From assembly GCA_963843375.1 (NCBI GenBank), contig CAWJKT010000004.1, positions 224,001-288,000 of the forward strand: a stretch of 64,000 bases of DNA. Direction: 5' to 3'. Position 1 is the first letter of the stretch. Each line of letters begins with the position of its first letter. Position numbers and translations under genes: made by a program. Source of the DNA: an uncultured Pseudomonadota bacterium. GTDB taxonomy: Bacteria > Oederibacteriota > Muellerivitia > Muellerivitales > Muellerivitaceae. The notes under the pieces were generated by a model. The model worked only from the letters and a program-made list of their open reading frames with translations. It was not told where the DNA came from and did no database searches. Of the stretch, positions 8,520 through 19,157 are shown piece by piece.

Positions 8520-10688
8520 ATGCCTAAAGCCCTTTGTCTTTGTGCTTGGATAATGACCTTGGCCGCGCCTGTATTTTCGGCGCAGTTTAGTTCCGTTATC
8601 GATAACGGACCGGTAGGAAAGTTCGAGAAATTCGAAGCAACTTATAATTTGGGCCAAACCTATAAGAACCCTTTTGATCCGGCGCAAATCGACGTGACGG
8701 CGGTCTTTACCTCTCCCTCGGGGTTGACCCACGAAGTGAAAGGGTTCATCTTCCAGGATTTCACCCGCAGCGGCGATTCCAAGTCCGAGATCCTCACCCC
8801 TTTGGGCCCCCGGGTTTGGAAAATACGCTTCGCTCCCGACGAGACAGGCACCTGGACCTACAGCCTGCAAGCCACCGATGCTTCCGGCACCGCCCGGGTT
8901 CCCGTCCGGTCCTTTACCGTGACGTCTTCCACCAACAAAGGCTTTGTGCGCGTTTCCTCCAAGGATCCGGAATATTTCGCATTCGACAACGGCGAACCTT
9001 ATTTTCCCCTGGGTGAAAACATGGGATGGGGCGGCGGTGGTAAAACTTTCGATTACGATAAATGGCTAACCGGCCTTTCGGCGGCGGGTGGAAATTACAT
9101 CCGTCTGTGGCAGGCGCCCTGGAGCACCGAAATCGAATGGGCCTACTCTTACGACGCCGGCACCAAACTTCCGGGGGATTATAGCGACCGGCTGAGGGAG
9201 GCCTGGGAACTGGACTATATCCTTGACCTTTGCGCGCAAAAAAAAGTATATGCGCTTTTGTGTCTCATTAACCACGGTAAGTTTTCCTCCACCACCAACC
9301 CCAATTGGGATAACAATCCCTACAATAAAAAAGCCAACCCCAAGGGCGGTTTTCTGGATACGCCCGACCAGGTTTGGACTAGCCCCTTGGCAAAAGCCTA
9401 TCTGCAGCGTAACTGGCGCTACCTGATCGCCCGTTATGCCCATAACACGTCGTTGGAATCCTGGGAAATTTTTAACGAGATGGAATGGACCGACCATTAT
9501 TCCGACCACGTTTCGGACTCGGTGACATTCCATCAACAGATGGGTAATTTCTTGAAGGCCAACGACCCCTACAAACATTTGGTCACGACTAGCTACGCCA
9601 ACGCGCTCAAATGGCCCACGGGGGTTTGGGACAGCGGGATGCAATTTACCCAGGAGCATAATTACGGTGGATTGGACATGGCCCAAGTGGTGGATTCAAT
9701 CACCTCCCAAATGCGCGCCCGTAATCCGGGAAAACCCTTTTATGTTGGGGAAATGGGGATCGGGGGGGCGGGTGGGTCCGAAAACCAAAAGGATCCCACG
9801 GGTATCTTTATCCACAATACCAATTGGGGATCCTTGACCGCCAAAGCAGCAGGGGGAGGCTTCCCCTGGTGGTGGGATAATTACGTGGATCCCAACAACC
9901 TCTATTGGCGCTGGACGGGAATCGCCGGCTTCCTGACGGGCGAGGATATGGACGCCCACAACTACCAACCGGTGGCGTTCCAAGTGATCACGCCTGGCTT
10001 GTCAGATCTCACTTTTTCACCCGGCAACAATGGCTGGGGGGTGAAGGCCTCCGAAAATCACTTTACCCTGACTTCCGATGGCGGAGTAGTTCCCTCGGAA
10101 TCGAACCTGACGGGTTTCGTCTATAGCACTGCCAAAGCCGAATTCCGAAATCCACCCACTTTTCATATGGACTTGGCCCAATCCGCCAAGTTCCGAGTGA
10201 CGCTTAACACGGTTTCTTCCTGGGGCACACCGAAGTTGACCATCACCTTGGACGGAAAACCCACATCGTTGGCCGACACACCGGTGACAGCCAATGGCAA
10301 TTACGAAATCGACGTACCTGCTGGCACGCATGATTTGTTTGTGGATTCCACGGGCACGGATTGGGTTCAGGTTGCTTCCTATTCGATCAGCCATTACGTC
10401 GGTTCGCTCAGGTGCAAGGCTTTGGAAGGTACGCAGCGGATATTGGGACGGGTGCAGTCGCGTTTCTATACTTTTAGCAATCCCCAGACACCCAAAGTGG
10501 ATGGGGGCAAGCTGGAACTTAAGGGCTTGAACCCCGATGGGAAATGGAACCTTGATTGGTGGGATACGGACAAGGGTGTAAAGACGGGTGGAACCCAGGT
10601 GAATGTGATCCAAGGCGCGGCGGAAGTTCCGTTGCCCGAGATCACTACCGATATCGCCTTTAAGGTTTATTATCCTGAAGGGAAATAG
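8520..10688 (+). CDS. secreted glycoside hydrolase (DUF5060 N-domain plus GH5-like clan-A TIM barrel)
   Basis: Signal peptide; NPFDPAQIDVTAVFTSPSG and WKIRFAPDETGTWTY (DUF5060-like); acid/base WEIFNE and nucleophile-like YVGEMG. Confidence 0.8.
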   Translation: MPKALCLCAWIMTLAAPVFSAQFSSVIDNGPVGKFEKFEATYNLGQTYKNPFDPAQIDVTAVFTSPSGLTHEVKGFIFQDFTRSGDSKSEILTPLGPRVWKIRFAPDETGTWTYSLQATDASGTARVPVRSFTVTSSTNKGFVRVSSKDPEYFAFDNGEPYFPLGENMGWGGGGKTFDYDKWLTGLSAAGGNYIRLWQAPWSTEIEWAYSYDAGTKLPGDYSDRLREAWELDYILDLCAQKKVYALLCLINHGKFSSTTNPNWDNNPYNKKANPKGGFLDTPDQVWTSPLAKAYLQRNWRYLIARYAHNTSLESWEIFNEMEWTDHYSDHVSDSVTFHQQMGNFLKANDPYKHLVTTSYANALKWPTGVWDSGMQFTQEHNYGGLDMAQVVDSITSQMRARNPGKPFYVGEMGIGGAGGSENQKDPTGIFIHNTNWGSLTAKAAGGGFPWWWDNYVDPNNLYWRWTGIAGFLTGEDMDAHNYQPVAFQVITPGLSDLTFSPGNNGWGVKASENHFTLTSDGGVVPSESNLTGFVYSTAKAEFRNPPTFHMDLAQSAKFRVTLNTVSSWGTPKLTITLDGKPTSLADTPVTANGNYEIDVPAGTHDLFVDSTGTDWVQVASYSISHYVGSLRCKALEGTQRILGRVQSRFYTFSNPQTPKVDGGKLELKGLNPDGKWNLDWWDTDKGVKTGGTQVNVIQGAAEVPLPEITTDIAFKVYYPEGK

Positions 10689-10782
10689 CCTTCTTCATAC
10701 GATTTGACTCCTTTGAAATTTTTAATTTTGGAGTCTGAAAAAAGGGTGGAAATGGGGAGCGACTTTCCCCTACACTCGGGCC

Positions 10783-11607
10783 ATGTCATTCAAACCGCCC
10801 AAGCACATCGCTTCTTTCTCCCATGTCACGACCGAGATCCTTTCCTATCTTGGCCTCTCCGATGAAGTGACCACCTTAAAAGAATATTGCGAGGAAGAGC
10901 CTCCGACCAGCGACCGAAATAAACCGGAATATTGGTTCACCATGGCGGAGGGCCGTCTTAAAAGCTTGAGGTCCGATTTGGCCTTGACTTTTTCCGTGGC
11001 CCAACAAGATTTACAGAAGCGGCTGAAAGAAAAGGGTTTCACTGTTCTTCATTTAGACCCCCGTTCGTTGAGGGAAGTCGAGGATTCCTTTATCCAAATT
11101 GGGAAAGCCACGGGAACGCTGGATCAAGCCAAACGATTGGCCCAGGACTTTAACGGGGGCTTGTCAGGCCTTCAATCCAAGATTCCCCTGAACGCATATC
11201 GGCCCAAACTTTACGTCGAGCAATGGAATAAGCCCCCTTCCGCAGCGGGCGGGTGGTACTCCGAATTGATGCCGCTTGTGGGAGCCCATTATTTTCCGAT
11301 GCTGTCCAGAGAACTTAGCCGTTCGGTTAAAATCGAGGAAATGTTGAAATTCGACCCGGAGATCATCGTCTTTTCCGTTTATGGAGCCGGGCTTACTTTC
11401 GATCCCGCAGAGGCCCTGAAAAGGATCGGATGGGAAAAAATCAACGCCGTTAGGAAAAGAAGGATTTTCACCGTTGAAGAAACCCTTTTGAACCGTCCGG
11501 GGCCCCGGCTTGTGGATGGAGCCAAAGTCATCCAGTGGATTCTGGGAGAATCCTTTTGGGGCTGGCCCTTGGTGCAATCCGCTTTCGCGCGCAGGGTCGT
11601 AGATTAA
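10783..11607 (+). CDS. BtuF/helical-backbone cobalamin/iron-binding family protein, no signal peptide
   Basis: IASFSHVTTEILSYLG, RSLREVEDSFIQIGKATG, GWEKINAVRKRRIF, LNRPGPRLVDG. Confidence 0.75.
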   Translation: MSFKPPKHIASFSHVTTEILSYLGLSDEVTTLKEYCEEEPPTSDRNKPEYWFTMAEGRLKSLRSDLALTFSVAQQDLQKRLKEKGFTVLHLDPRSLREVEDSFIQIGKATGTLDQAKRLAQDFNGGLSGLQSKIPLNAYRPKLYVEQWNKPPSAAGGWYSELMPLVGAHYFPMLSRELSRSVKIEEMLKFDPEIIVFSVYGAGLTFDPAEALKRIGWEKINAVRKRRIFTVEETLLNRPGPRLVDGAKVIQWILGESFWGWPLVQSAFARRVVD

Positions 11608-11836
11608 AGCCGATTTTAAAACTCGCCTAAAAATATGTTTAAATTAGTAAAAATATTGAAAACAAGACATAATTCACACAGTACTTCCCACCAACCTGGT
11701 GAAATGGGTTTTAAATTCCAATAAAAATTTTGTTTTATACTTTGAATTTTACTATCCTAATCCTGTTTTTCGTTTAACCTTAAAATCTACGGTAAAATAT
11801 ATTCAGAGATTTACAGGGGAAGGGGACAATCTTTAA

Positions 11837-12346
11837 ATGAGTCAATTCGATTCTCCGGATGAAGTTCCTTCTTCCTTGCCTAAAATTCCGACCTCCTCCG
11901 AGTTGTACGATTTTTTCAATCCTTTTCTTTTGAATTGGTTGAAATTACCGTCCCAAAAGGTAGATATCCCCGATGACGATATCCAAACGCTTCCTAACGA
12001 GCATAGTCTTCTATTCACTCAACCGATGACTGGCATTTTGGTTCTTCGGACTTCGGATGAATTCGGGAAAGGATTGGCGAAATTGGCCAAGATCAAGGAT
12101 ATTCCTCATGATCTTTTTATGGAAATGATTGTCCTTTTTTGGCATAGGTTCGTTTCCCGTTTTTGGTCGTTGGATAGCCGGACCCTTCCAGCGGCTTCAT
12201 TTAAAAAATCCATTCCCAAGAATTGGCCTGATCGAAAGCCGGATTCCCTATTGATGGTATTCGTGATCCAACAGCCAGTGGAAATTCGTCTTTGGTTCAA
12301 TTTGAGCGAAACAGAGACAGAACGCTGGAAAAAGCGCTCTAATTAA
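11837..12346 (+). CDS. hypothetical protein, possibly a degenerate CheX-like fold
   Basis: Long ORF with RBS after an AT-rich intergenic region; FTQPMTGILVLRTSDEFGKGLA resembles CheX strand/helix spacing. Confidence 0.5.
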   Translation: MSQFDSPDEVPSSLPKIPTSSELYDFFNPFLLNWLKLPSQKVDIPDDDIQTLPNEHSLLFTQPMTGILVLRTSDEFGKGLAKLAKIKDIPHDLFMEMIVLFWHRFVSRFWSLDSRTLPAASFKKSIPKNWPDRKPDSLLMVFVIQQPVEIRLWFNLSETETERWKKRSN

Positions 12347-12463
12347 GGCCTTCCAACACCACAATCCTTGTTCGTTGATAAGACCAATCCTCTCCGATAA
12401 GATGGTTTTCCTTTTATTGATTTGGCGTGCTCCATTTTCTTCCAGGCGGCTAAGGCGAACGGT

Positions 12464-15400
12464 ATGGAATTTCCATTTGACCAAAAAACTTTTCTTTCTT
12501 TTTTTAATCTTTCATCGGAATTAATGGCGGTTCTGAGGGAAGACGGTTGTTTTTTGGAGATCAGTCCGGCCTGGGAGAAAAGCCTCGGAATTCGCCGCGC
12601 CGAGTTGATTTCAAGTCCTTTTTTTGACCTGATATATCCCGAAGACCTTTCGAAAACTCAAGTTGAGATCCGAAAGCTTTTTACTAGCTCCCAGCCCATC
12701 ATTTTTGAAAATCGATTGCGTCACAAAGATCAAACCCTCCTTTGGTTTCGATGGACGTGCCTTTTTTCCATAGAGGAGGGGCAATTTTATTTAACCGGAA
12801 AAGATATCAGCGACCTCAAGGAAGCCGGGAAAACCTTGGAGGAAAACCGGGCCAAATTCAAACGATTAGCTGAATCAACCACCGAAGGAATCGCCATCCA
12901 CGAAAAGGGCGTTGTTTTAGAGGCCAACTTGGCCCTGGCTCGGATTTTGGGTTATGAAAAGCCCGAGGAACTGATCGGATTGAATGGATTGGATTTTACC
13001 GCCCCCGAATACCGCCAACTCATTCTGACCAGCATTCTTTCGGGGTCGGAGGAACCTTACGAAGTGGTCGGCCTCCGCAAGGATGGGACAAGGTTCAACT
13101 GCCTTATTTCAGGTAAATCGATCCAATTCCAAGGCCGTCCCGCGAGAGTTTCCACTTTCTTGGATATCACCAAGATCAAAAAAAAAGAGCAAGAGCTTTA
13201 TGAAAGCCAGGAGCTGTTCCGGAAACTGACCGAGGCTTCGAAAGATGGCATCGCCGTCAGTGAAAGGGGAGTGGTGCTCATGGCCAATCCCGCCCTCGCC
13301 CTGATGTTCGGGCGCGAGATTTCCGAGATGATAGGTCACAATGCTCTGGAATTCACCGCCCCCGATTTCCGGGAAACTCTTTTAAAAAAGGTCCTGGATG
13401 AGTCAGAAACCAGCTATGAGGTCATGGGTTTACGGAAGGATGGGACCCGGTTTCCTGTGGAAATCACCCCGCGCATGACCACTTACCAGGGACGGCGGGT
13501 CAGGCTGGGTTTCTTTCGGGACATCACCCAGCGCAAGAAGATCGAAGAGGAGATTCTTCGACAGAAGGAATTTACCCAAAACATGATTAACAGCAGCACC
13601 GACGGACTTTTGGCCTTTGACCCGGAATGCCGCTATACCCTTTGGAATCCCGCCATGGAGCGCATCAGTGGACACTCACGGGAAGAGGTGATGGGACAGT
13701 GCGCTTTCGATGTTTTCCCCTTTCTGAAGCAAATCGGGGAGGACGCTCATTTCTATGGTGCGCTGAAAGGGAAGACTTCTTTCGCCCAGGAGAGGCCTTA
13801 TCGCACCCCTGCCGGACGACAGGGATTTTTTGAAGCCCATTACATGCCCATTAAAAACGCGCAGGGCGAAATCCTGGGAGGGTTGGGCATTATTCGTGAC
13901 ATTACGGACCGAAAGAAAACCCAAGAGGCCTTGCGGCAGTCCGAATTGAACTTGAAGGCGGTTTTCCAAAATACATTCCAAAACATCGTTCTCATGGACC
14001 TGGAGGGTCGGATTCGGGCATTCAACAACAACGCCGCCGTGGATATTAAGGAAAACTCCGGAAAGAATCTGGAGATCGGACGGCTCCTCTCCGATTATGT
14101 CCACGCGGAAAACGCCGAGCTTTTAAAAAAGAATCTCGCCCGGGCCCTCCGAGGGGAGGCCGTCCACTTGGAACGGGCCTACCGGATGGGCGATGGCGAA
14201 TCCCACTGGTTCGAACTCAACTATCATCCAGTCTTCGGCGAAGCGGGTGAGATCGAGGGAATCTGTATGACCTCCCTTAATATTGATGGCCGTAAAAAAT
14301 CCGAAGAAGCGGTCCAAAAATCGGAGGCTGACCTAAGGGCGGTCTTCAATAGCAGCCACCGAATGATCATCCTAGCGGGGCGTAACGGCAGAATCCGGGA
14401 ATTCAACCAAAATGCCAAACATGTTTTCCAGGAACTGCTGGGGTTGCGCCTGGAAACAGGACGTCCTTTGGCGGACTATGTCGAGCCTAATTTCCTTAAA
14501 CCTTTCCAGGAAAGGCTTCAAAAGGTTTTCAAGGGCGAGACTGTTCATTTGGAAAGGACTGTCAGGATTAAGGATGGACAAGATGTTTGGTTTGAGTTCG
14601 ATTATAACCCGGTGTTTGAACCGCATGGAAAGGTTACGGGAGCCTGTTTAATCATCACTTCCATTGACGATCGAAAAAAGACAGAAGAGTCCTTGAAGGA
14701 AAGTGAGGAAAAATTCCGGAGAGTTTTTGAGAAAGCCTCAGTGGGAATGACTCTGGTGGACAAAAATTCCCACTTCGCCCATGTCAACCGCGCTTTTTGT
14801 GATTTCCTTGGTTATACGCCGAAGGAACTCATTGGGAGAACCTTCCAAGAAGTCACCTATCCCGACGAACCTTCCAAAAAAATGATCTTCTCGGAGGATG
14901 TTAAAAGTGGAAAAGGATTCCAACGGCAGAAGCGATATCTCCACAAAAATGGAAACGTGCTTTGGGCCAATCTGACCGTCACCAGTTTCTTGGATGAGAA
15001 GGGCGAATTGCTCTACAGTCTGGGCATGGTGGAAGACATAACTCAAAGAAAACTGGCCGAAGAGGCCCTGCGAAAGTCCGAGGAAGAGTTAAGGGCTTTC
15101 TTCAACAGCGGCTCCCAGGTGACCATCTTGATCCGCCCGGATGGGAGGATCCAGGGGTTCAATAAGAGCGCCCAGGTCATGGCTCAACGGGTTCTTGGCC
15201 GCAAAATTGAAAAGGAAATGCTTTTCGTCGAAACCCTCCCTCCTGGCGCGAGCCCGGAGATGTTTCAAATCAGCTTCAACGCCGCCCTAGGGGGCCAAGA
15301 AAGCCAAGCCGAGAGGACCATCCGGTCGGCCGAAGGCAAGGAACGCTGGGTGGAGGTGAAATACCAGCCCGTTTTTAACGATCAGAATGGGGTCGACGGT

Positions 15401-16867
15401 GTTTGTTTCTCGCTTACTTTTATCGATGAGCGCAAGAAAACGGAAGCAGCGCTCAAGGAAAGTCAGGAACGTTTCGAACGACTGACCCAAGTTACGCAGG
15501 AAGGGCTACTCCTCCACGAGAATCCCAAAATCGTGGACGTGAACCCCGCCCTGGCCTCGATGATGGGTTATAGCGCGGAAGAAATGATCGGCAAAAACGG
15601 ATTCGATTTCCTCGCCCAGGAGAGCCACGAAACCGCCCGCCGCCATATGGTAGAAGGTTCTTTTGAGCCCTACGAGGCTTTGGCCCTCCGTAAGGACGGG
15701 AGTGTTTTTCCCATTGAGTTGCAAGGCCGGAACTTCTCCTATAAAGGGAAGGAACTAAGAGTGCTAAGCGTGCGGGACCTTACTTGGCGCAAGGAAACCG
15801 AACGCATTTTAAGGGAAAGCGAGGAAGGGTACCGGGGACTGGTTGAATTCTCGCCCGAGGCGGTCATGGTCCATGATGGAGAAAGAATTCTTTACGTGAA
15901 TCCCGCCGGTGTGCGGATTTTCGGCGCCAAAGACCAGGGGGAGGTGGTAGGACGAAGCATCTGGGACTTAGTGGACTCCGAGTTCCAGGAAATGGCACGC
16001 AAAAGGGTCCATTCCATTCTTAGGGACCGTCGTCCGAGCCAGACCATGGAGCAAAAATGGAGAAGCCTCGACGGTAAACCGGTCGAGGTTGAAGTCAAAG
16101 GCATTCCTTTCACGTTCAGGGGCCACCCGTCCATTATGACTATTCTTCGAGATGTCACGGAAAGCAAGAAAAACCACCAAACTCTTCTACGCTATGAACG
16201 TCTGGCCGCGGTGGGGAAAGTCATCGCCGCCATCGCCCACGATGTTCGCAATCCCCTGGCGGTGCTTTCGGGCATGAGTCAGATCCTCACGGCCAAATTG
16301 GAAGCCCGGAAGGAATATTCACAGGAATTGCAAACCATTCTGACTCAAGCGGACCGTCTCAAATATTTTATGAATGATATTTTGGATTATTCCCGGGAAA
16401 TGGAAATTCGGAAATCCGAAATAGATCCCAGGACCGTTCTGGAAGAATCTCTGGTAGTGGCCCAATCCCAAGCGGGATCCAAACAGGGTTCGGTCCAAGT
16501 GGAGTGGAAATGCGCTAAGGACTTGCCCCGTCTTTTCGCTGATGGCGAAAGGCTTGAACAGGTGATGATGAACCTCATGGTGAATGCTTATCAAGCGGTC
16601 GGGGAGGGTGGATGCATTCGCCTCTCGGCCGAGCTAAGGGAAGGAAAGATGCTCTTGGGAGTCGAGGATAATGGGTCTGGCATCAGCGAAGCCGATATGC
16701 CGCGGCTGTTCGAGCCTTTTTTCACCACCAAAAAACATGGGTCGGGTTTAGGCCTTTCCATCAGCCAAAAGATCGCCGAGGCCCATGGGGGAAAGATCGA
16801 GGTCGAACGTTTGAAGCCCAATGGAACAAAGTTTATCGTGGAGCTGCCTCTGGGAAAGGAACACTAG
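12464..16867 (+). CDS. cytoplasmic sensor histidine kinase with about 10 PAS domains
   Basis: Ten PAS/PAC units (DIT/DIS-type ends), H-box IAHDVRNPL, N-box MNLMVNAYQA, G1 VEDNGSGI, F FEPFFTTK, G2 GSGLGL; no TM segments. Start may be 12422 or 12464. Confidence 0.92.
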   Translation: MEFPFDQKTFLSFFNLSSELMAVLREDGCFLEISPAWEKSLGIRRAELISSPFFDLIYPEDLSKTQVEIRKLFTSSQPIIFENRLRHKDQTLLWFRWTCLFSIEEGQFYLTGKDISDLKEAGKTLEENRAKFKRLAESTTEGIAIHEKGVVLEANLALARILGYEKPEELIGLNGLDFTAPEYRQLILTSILSGSEEPYEVVGLRKDGTRFNCLISGKSIQFQGRPARVSTFLDITKIKKKEQELYESQELFRKLTEASKDGIAVSERGVVLMANPALALMFGREISEMIGHNALEFTAPDFRETLLKKVLDESETSYEVMGLRKDGTRFPVEITPRMTTYQGRRVRLGFFRDITQRKKIEEEILRQKEFTQNMINSSTDGLLAFDPECRYTLWNPAMERISGHSREEVMGQCAFDVFPFLKQIGEDAHFYGALKGKTSFAQERPYRTPAGRQGFFEAHYMPIKNAQGEILGGLGIIRDITDRKKTQEALRQSELNLKAVFQNTFQNIVLMDLEGRIRAFNNNAAVDIKENSGKNLEIGRLLSDYVHAENAELLKKNLARALRGEAVHLERAYRMGDGESHWFELNYHPVFGEAGEIEGICMTSLNIDGRKKSEEAVQKSEADLRAVFNSSHRMIILAGRNGRIREFNQNAKHVFQELLGLRLETGRPLADYVEPNFLKPFQERLQKVFKGETVHLERTVRIKDGQDVWFEFDYNPVFEPHGKVTGACLIITSIDDRKKTEESLKESEEKFRRVFEKASVGMTLVDKNSHFAHVNRAFCDFLGYTPKELIGRTFQEVTYPDEPSKKMIFSEDVKSGKGFQRQKRYLHKNGNVLWANLTVTSFLDEKGELLYSLGMVEDITQRKLAEEALRKSEEELRAFFNSGSQVTILIRPDGRIQGFNKSAQVMAQRVLGRKIEKEMLFVETLPPGASPEMFQISFNAALGGQESQAERTIRSAEGKERWVEVKYQPVFNDQNGVDGVCFSLTFIDERKKTEAALKESQERFERLTQVTQEGLLLHENPKIVDVNPALASMMGYSAEEMIGKNGFDFLAQESHETARRHMVEGSFEPYEALALRKDGSVFPIELQGRNFSYKGKELRVLSVRDLTWRKETERILRESEEGYRGLVEFSPEAVMVHDGERILYVNPAGVRIFGAKDQGEVVGRSIWDLVDSEFQEMARKRVHSILRDRRPSQTMEQKWRSLDGKPVEVEVKGIPFTFRGHPSIMTILRDVTESKKNHQTLLRYERLAAVGKVIAAIAHDVRNPLAVLSGMSQILTAKLEARKEYSQELQTILTQADRLKYFMNDILDYSREMEIRKSEIDPRTVLEESLVVAQSQAGSKQGSVQVEWKCAKDLPRLFADGERLEQVMMNLMVNAYQAVGEGGCIRLSAELREGKMLLGVEDNGSGISEADMPRLFEPFFTTKKHGSGLGLSISQKIAEAHGGKIEVERLKPNGTKFIVELPLGKEH

Positions 16868-16967
16868 CCGCAGTCCCACGCTGTTCATCCAGGGTTCAAA
16901 AATTGAAAACGGCGCCCGACTCCTTTTTATAAATGAATCAATAAAAATCACTTCAAAGGTTACTTGA

Positions 16968-19091
16968 TTGAAATCCCCTGCCCAAGCACCTTGTCCTTTG
17001 CCAAAGAGTATATGGTTTCTTTTTTTTATATTCACCGTTTCGAACTCGTTTTTAGCTTACGTCTCCCTGCCGGTGTTTTGGCAATGGGTTGTTGGAATCA
17101 TGGGGTTGGCCCTTCCCTGGGGATTGGGTTTGTTTTTTTACCGAAAAAATGAAAACAAATTAACGTCCTTTTCTCTTGAAGACTGGATCCCGGCTCCGCC
17201 TTTTTGGGTGATGGCGGTTTTCATTTTGGGCGCGGGTTTTTTACGATTCAATCAACTCACCACTCTTTCCTTATGGCCGCTCACGGACGAGGCAAAAAGC
17301 GCCTTTTACTCCCAACAAATAGCCACCCATGGCTCTTTCCAAATGATTTATGACTTCAGCCAATTGCCGCCGTTTTATATTTGGTTTCAAGGACTCTTTT
17401 TTAGGGTTTCGGGAATTTCCTTGTTTTCCCTTTGGTGTTTTCCCGCCATTCTTTCCCTGCTCACCGTGGGGGTGGCTTATTTCGCGGCTCGGTCGCATTT
17501 TAATAAAACATTTGCGCTGGTTTTTTCCGGCCTAGTGGCTTTTAGTTTTTGGCCCCTTTATGTTGCTCGTTTTTCGCATCAAGGTTCATTGCTTCTTTTA
17601 TGGGAATTCCTGGTTTTCGGTGCGTCGGGGCGACTCAACCTGGCGTCGGTTCCTGAAGGGGACAAAAAAAAACACGGATGGGATTTGGGTTTACTGGCGG
17701 GACTTGGTTTTTACACCTTTACTTCCTGGCCTACGGTGGCTTTATCCTTGACGCTTTGGGTCTTTTTTTTCCATCGGAAGGCGCTACTCTCGTTTCTTTG
17801 GGGGATGATTTTGATCTATCTTCCCCTGGGTTGGTCCTGGATCCAACAGCATTACGGTGGTTATATCCACCATGTATGGGCCTGGGACTTCGCACGCCCC
17901 TGGTCGGAGCAATTGCTTCAAAACCTTTCGGATTTTTCGGCCCTTTTCTGGAAATCAACCATTCCCGCCAATCTTTTCGCCTATAAACCCTTTTGGGGCG
18001 GTTACTTGAATCCCCTATTGGGGGCTTTGTTTTTCATCGGCGCCCTTGTTTTTATTCGAACAGAGGCTAAACCCAAATCCCTTTTTTTGATTTTAGCCTT
18101 TTTTATTTTTTATCTGCCGAGCCTTCTCACGGGAGGGGTGGAAATGTTTCGGATTCTTCCCCTTTTGCCGTTGTTGTTGGGGGGCGCGGTCTGGGGTCTT
18201 CTTTCGCTTTTGGCAACTTTAAAGCTTAAGTTCAAATGGATGGCCACGGCTTTCATCCTGGTCTTTTCCCTGGGTTTGGACGTGAACCATCTTTTCGGTG
18301 TTTACCACGGGGTCTGGACCCATCCCAAGGATAATTGGTTCGCCGTCAAGTCCTTGGAACGGTTAAGGGCTTATCAAATTTTAGAGGAGTGGCAAAGACA
18401 AAATGGACCGGGGTTCGTACTCTCCGAATTAGTCCCAGATCTCTTTGACCAAAGCCTCTCTCTGGCCGATTACGCCTTTAATTTGGAGCAAAACCCGGAT
18501 TTGAACCCGGGCCAGGCCCAGTGGGTCGCTCTTCTTATTAACATTCATTACCAACCCTATTTGAATAGAATTCTACCGGAAGGGAAATGGTACCGGCTGG
18601 CCCCGGACGTGGACCGGCCCGACGGGGGACTGATGTTGGCGGTTTTTCCCTTACCCGCCAAACATTCGGAGACACTTAACGGATGGATAGGGGCTGATAG
18701 GGCTTGCCATGATTTAGTGCCTTTAGTTTTTGATTACCGGGACTACAAATCCCGAAAACCCATTCTTGAAAAGCTTTATTCCCTCTATCCTTTGTTTAAG
18801 GGGAACCGATTCTTGGAATCTTGCTTTTGGGAAAAGATTGCGGAAAATGAATATGGAAATCGGAATTACGAAGGCCAAATAGGAGCCTTAAAACAAGCTA
18901 TTGAAAAAGGCTATCCCACTGCCCATCTTTATAATGACTTAGGGGCTCTTTTCCTTCGGCGCAGCAGGTTCCAGGAGGCTCGCGAGGCTTTTAAGAACGC
19001 CATGAAGTGCAACCCCGATTTCACTTCTGCGGCGACAGGACTTCAGGCTTTGGATGAAGAGGAGAAAACCGGGAAGCTTCCGAGGGATTAA
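16968..19091 (+). CDS. GT-C fold membrane glycosyltransferase (ArnT/PMT/GT39-like) with C-terminal TPR
   Basis: Multi-TM; LRFNQLTTLSLWPLTDE acidic loop motif, QLPPFY, GLGFYTF; TPR LYNDLGALFLRRSRFQEAREAFKNAMKCNP. Confidence 0.78.
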   Translation: MKSPAQAPCPLPKSIWFLFFIFTVSNSFLAYVSLPVFWQWVVGIMGLALPWGLGLFFYRKNENKLTSFSLEDWIPAPPFWVMAVFILGAGFLRFNQLTTLSLWPLTDEAKSAFYSQQIATHGSFQMIYDFSQLPPFYIWFQGLFFRVSGISLFSLWCFPAILSLLTVGVAYFAARSHFNKTFALVFSGLVAFSFWPLYVARFSHQGSLLLLWEFLVFGASGRLNLASVPEGDKKKHGWDLGLLAGLGFYTFTSWPTVALSLTLWVFFFHRKALLSFLWGMILIYLPLGWSWIQQHYGGYIHHVWAWDFARPWSEQLLQNLSDFSALFWKSTIPANLFAYKPFWGGYLNPLLGALFFIGALVFIRTEAKPKSLFLILAFFIFYLPSLLTGGVEMFRILPLLPLLLGGAVWGLLSLLATLKLKFKWMATAFILVFSLGLDVNHLFGVYHGVWTHPKDNWFAVKSLERLRAYQILEEWQRQNGPGFVLSELVPDLFDQSLSLADYAFNLEQNPDLNPGQAQWVALLINIHYQPYLNRILPEGKWYRLAPDVDRPDGGLMLAVFPLPAKHSETLNGWIGADRACHDLVPLVFDYRDYKSRKPILEKLYSLYPLFKGNRFLESCFWEKIAENEYGNRNYEGQIGALKQAIEKGYPTAHLYNDLGALFLRRSRFQEAREAFKNAMKCNPDFTSAATGLQALDEEEKTGKLPRD

Positions 19092-19157
19092 AATACCACA
19101 CCCGTTGCAAGCCATAGATTTCCAATAGATAATTAACGAATTATTTAAGGAGTTTTC

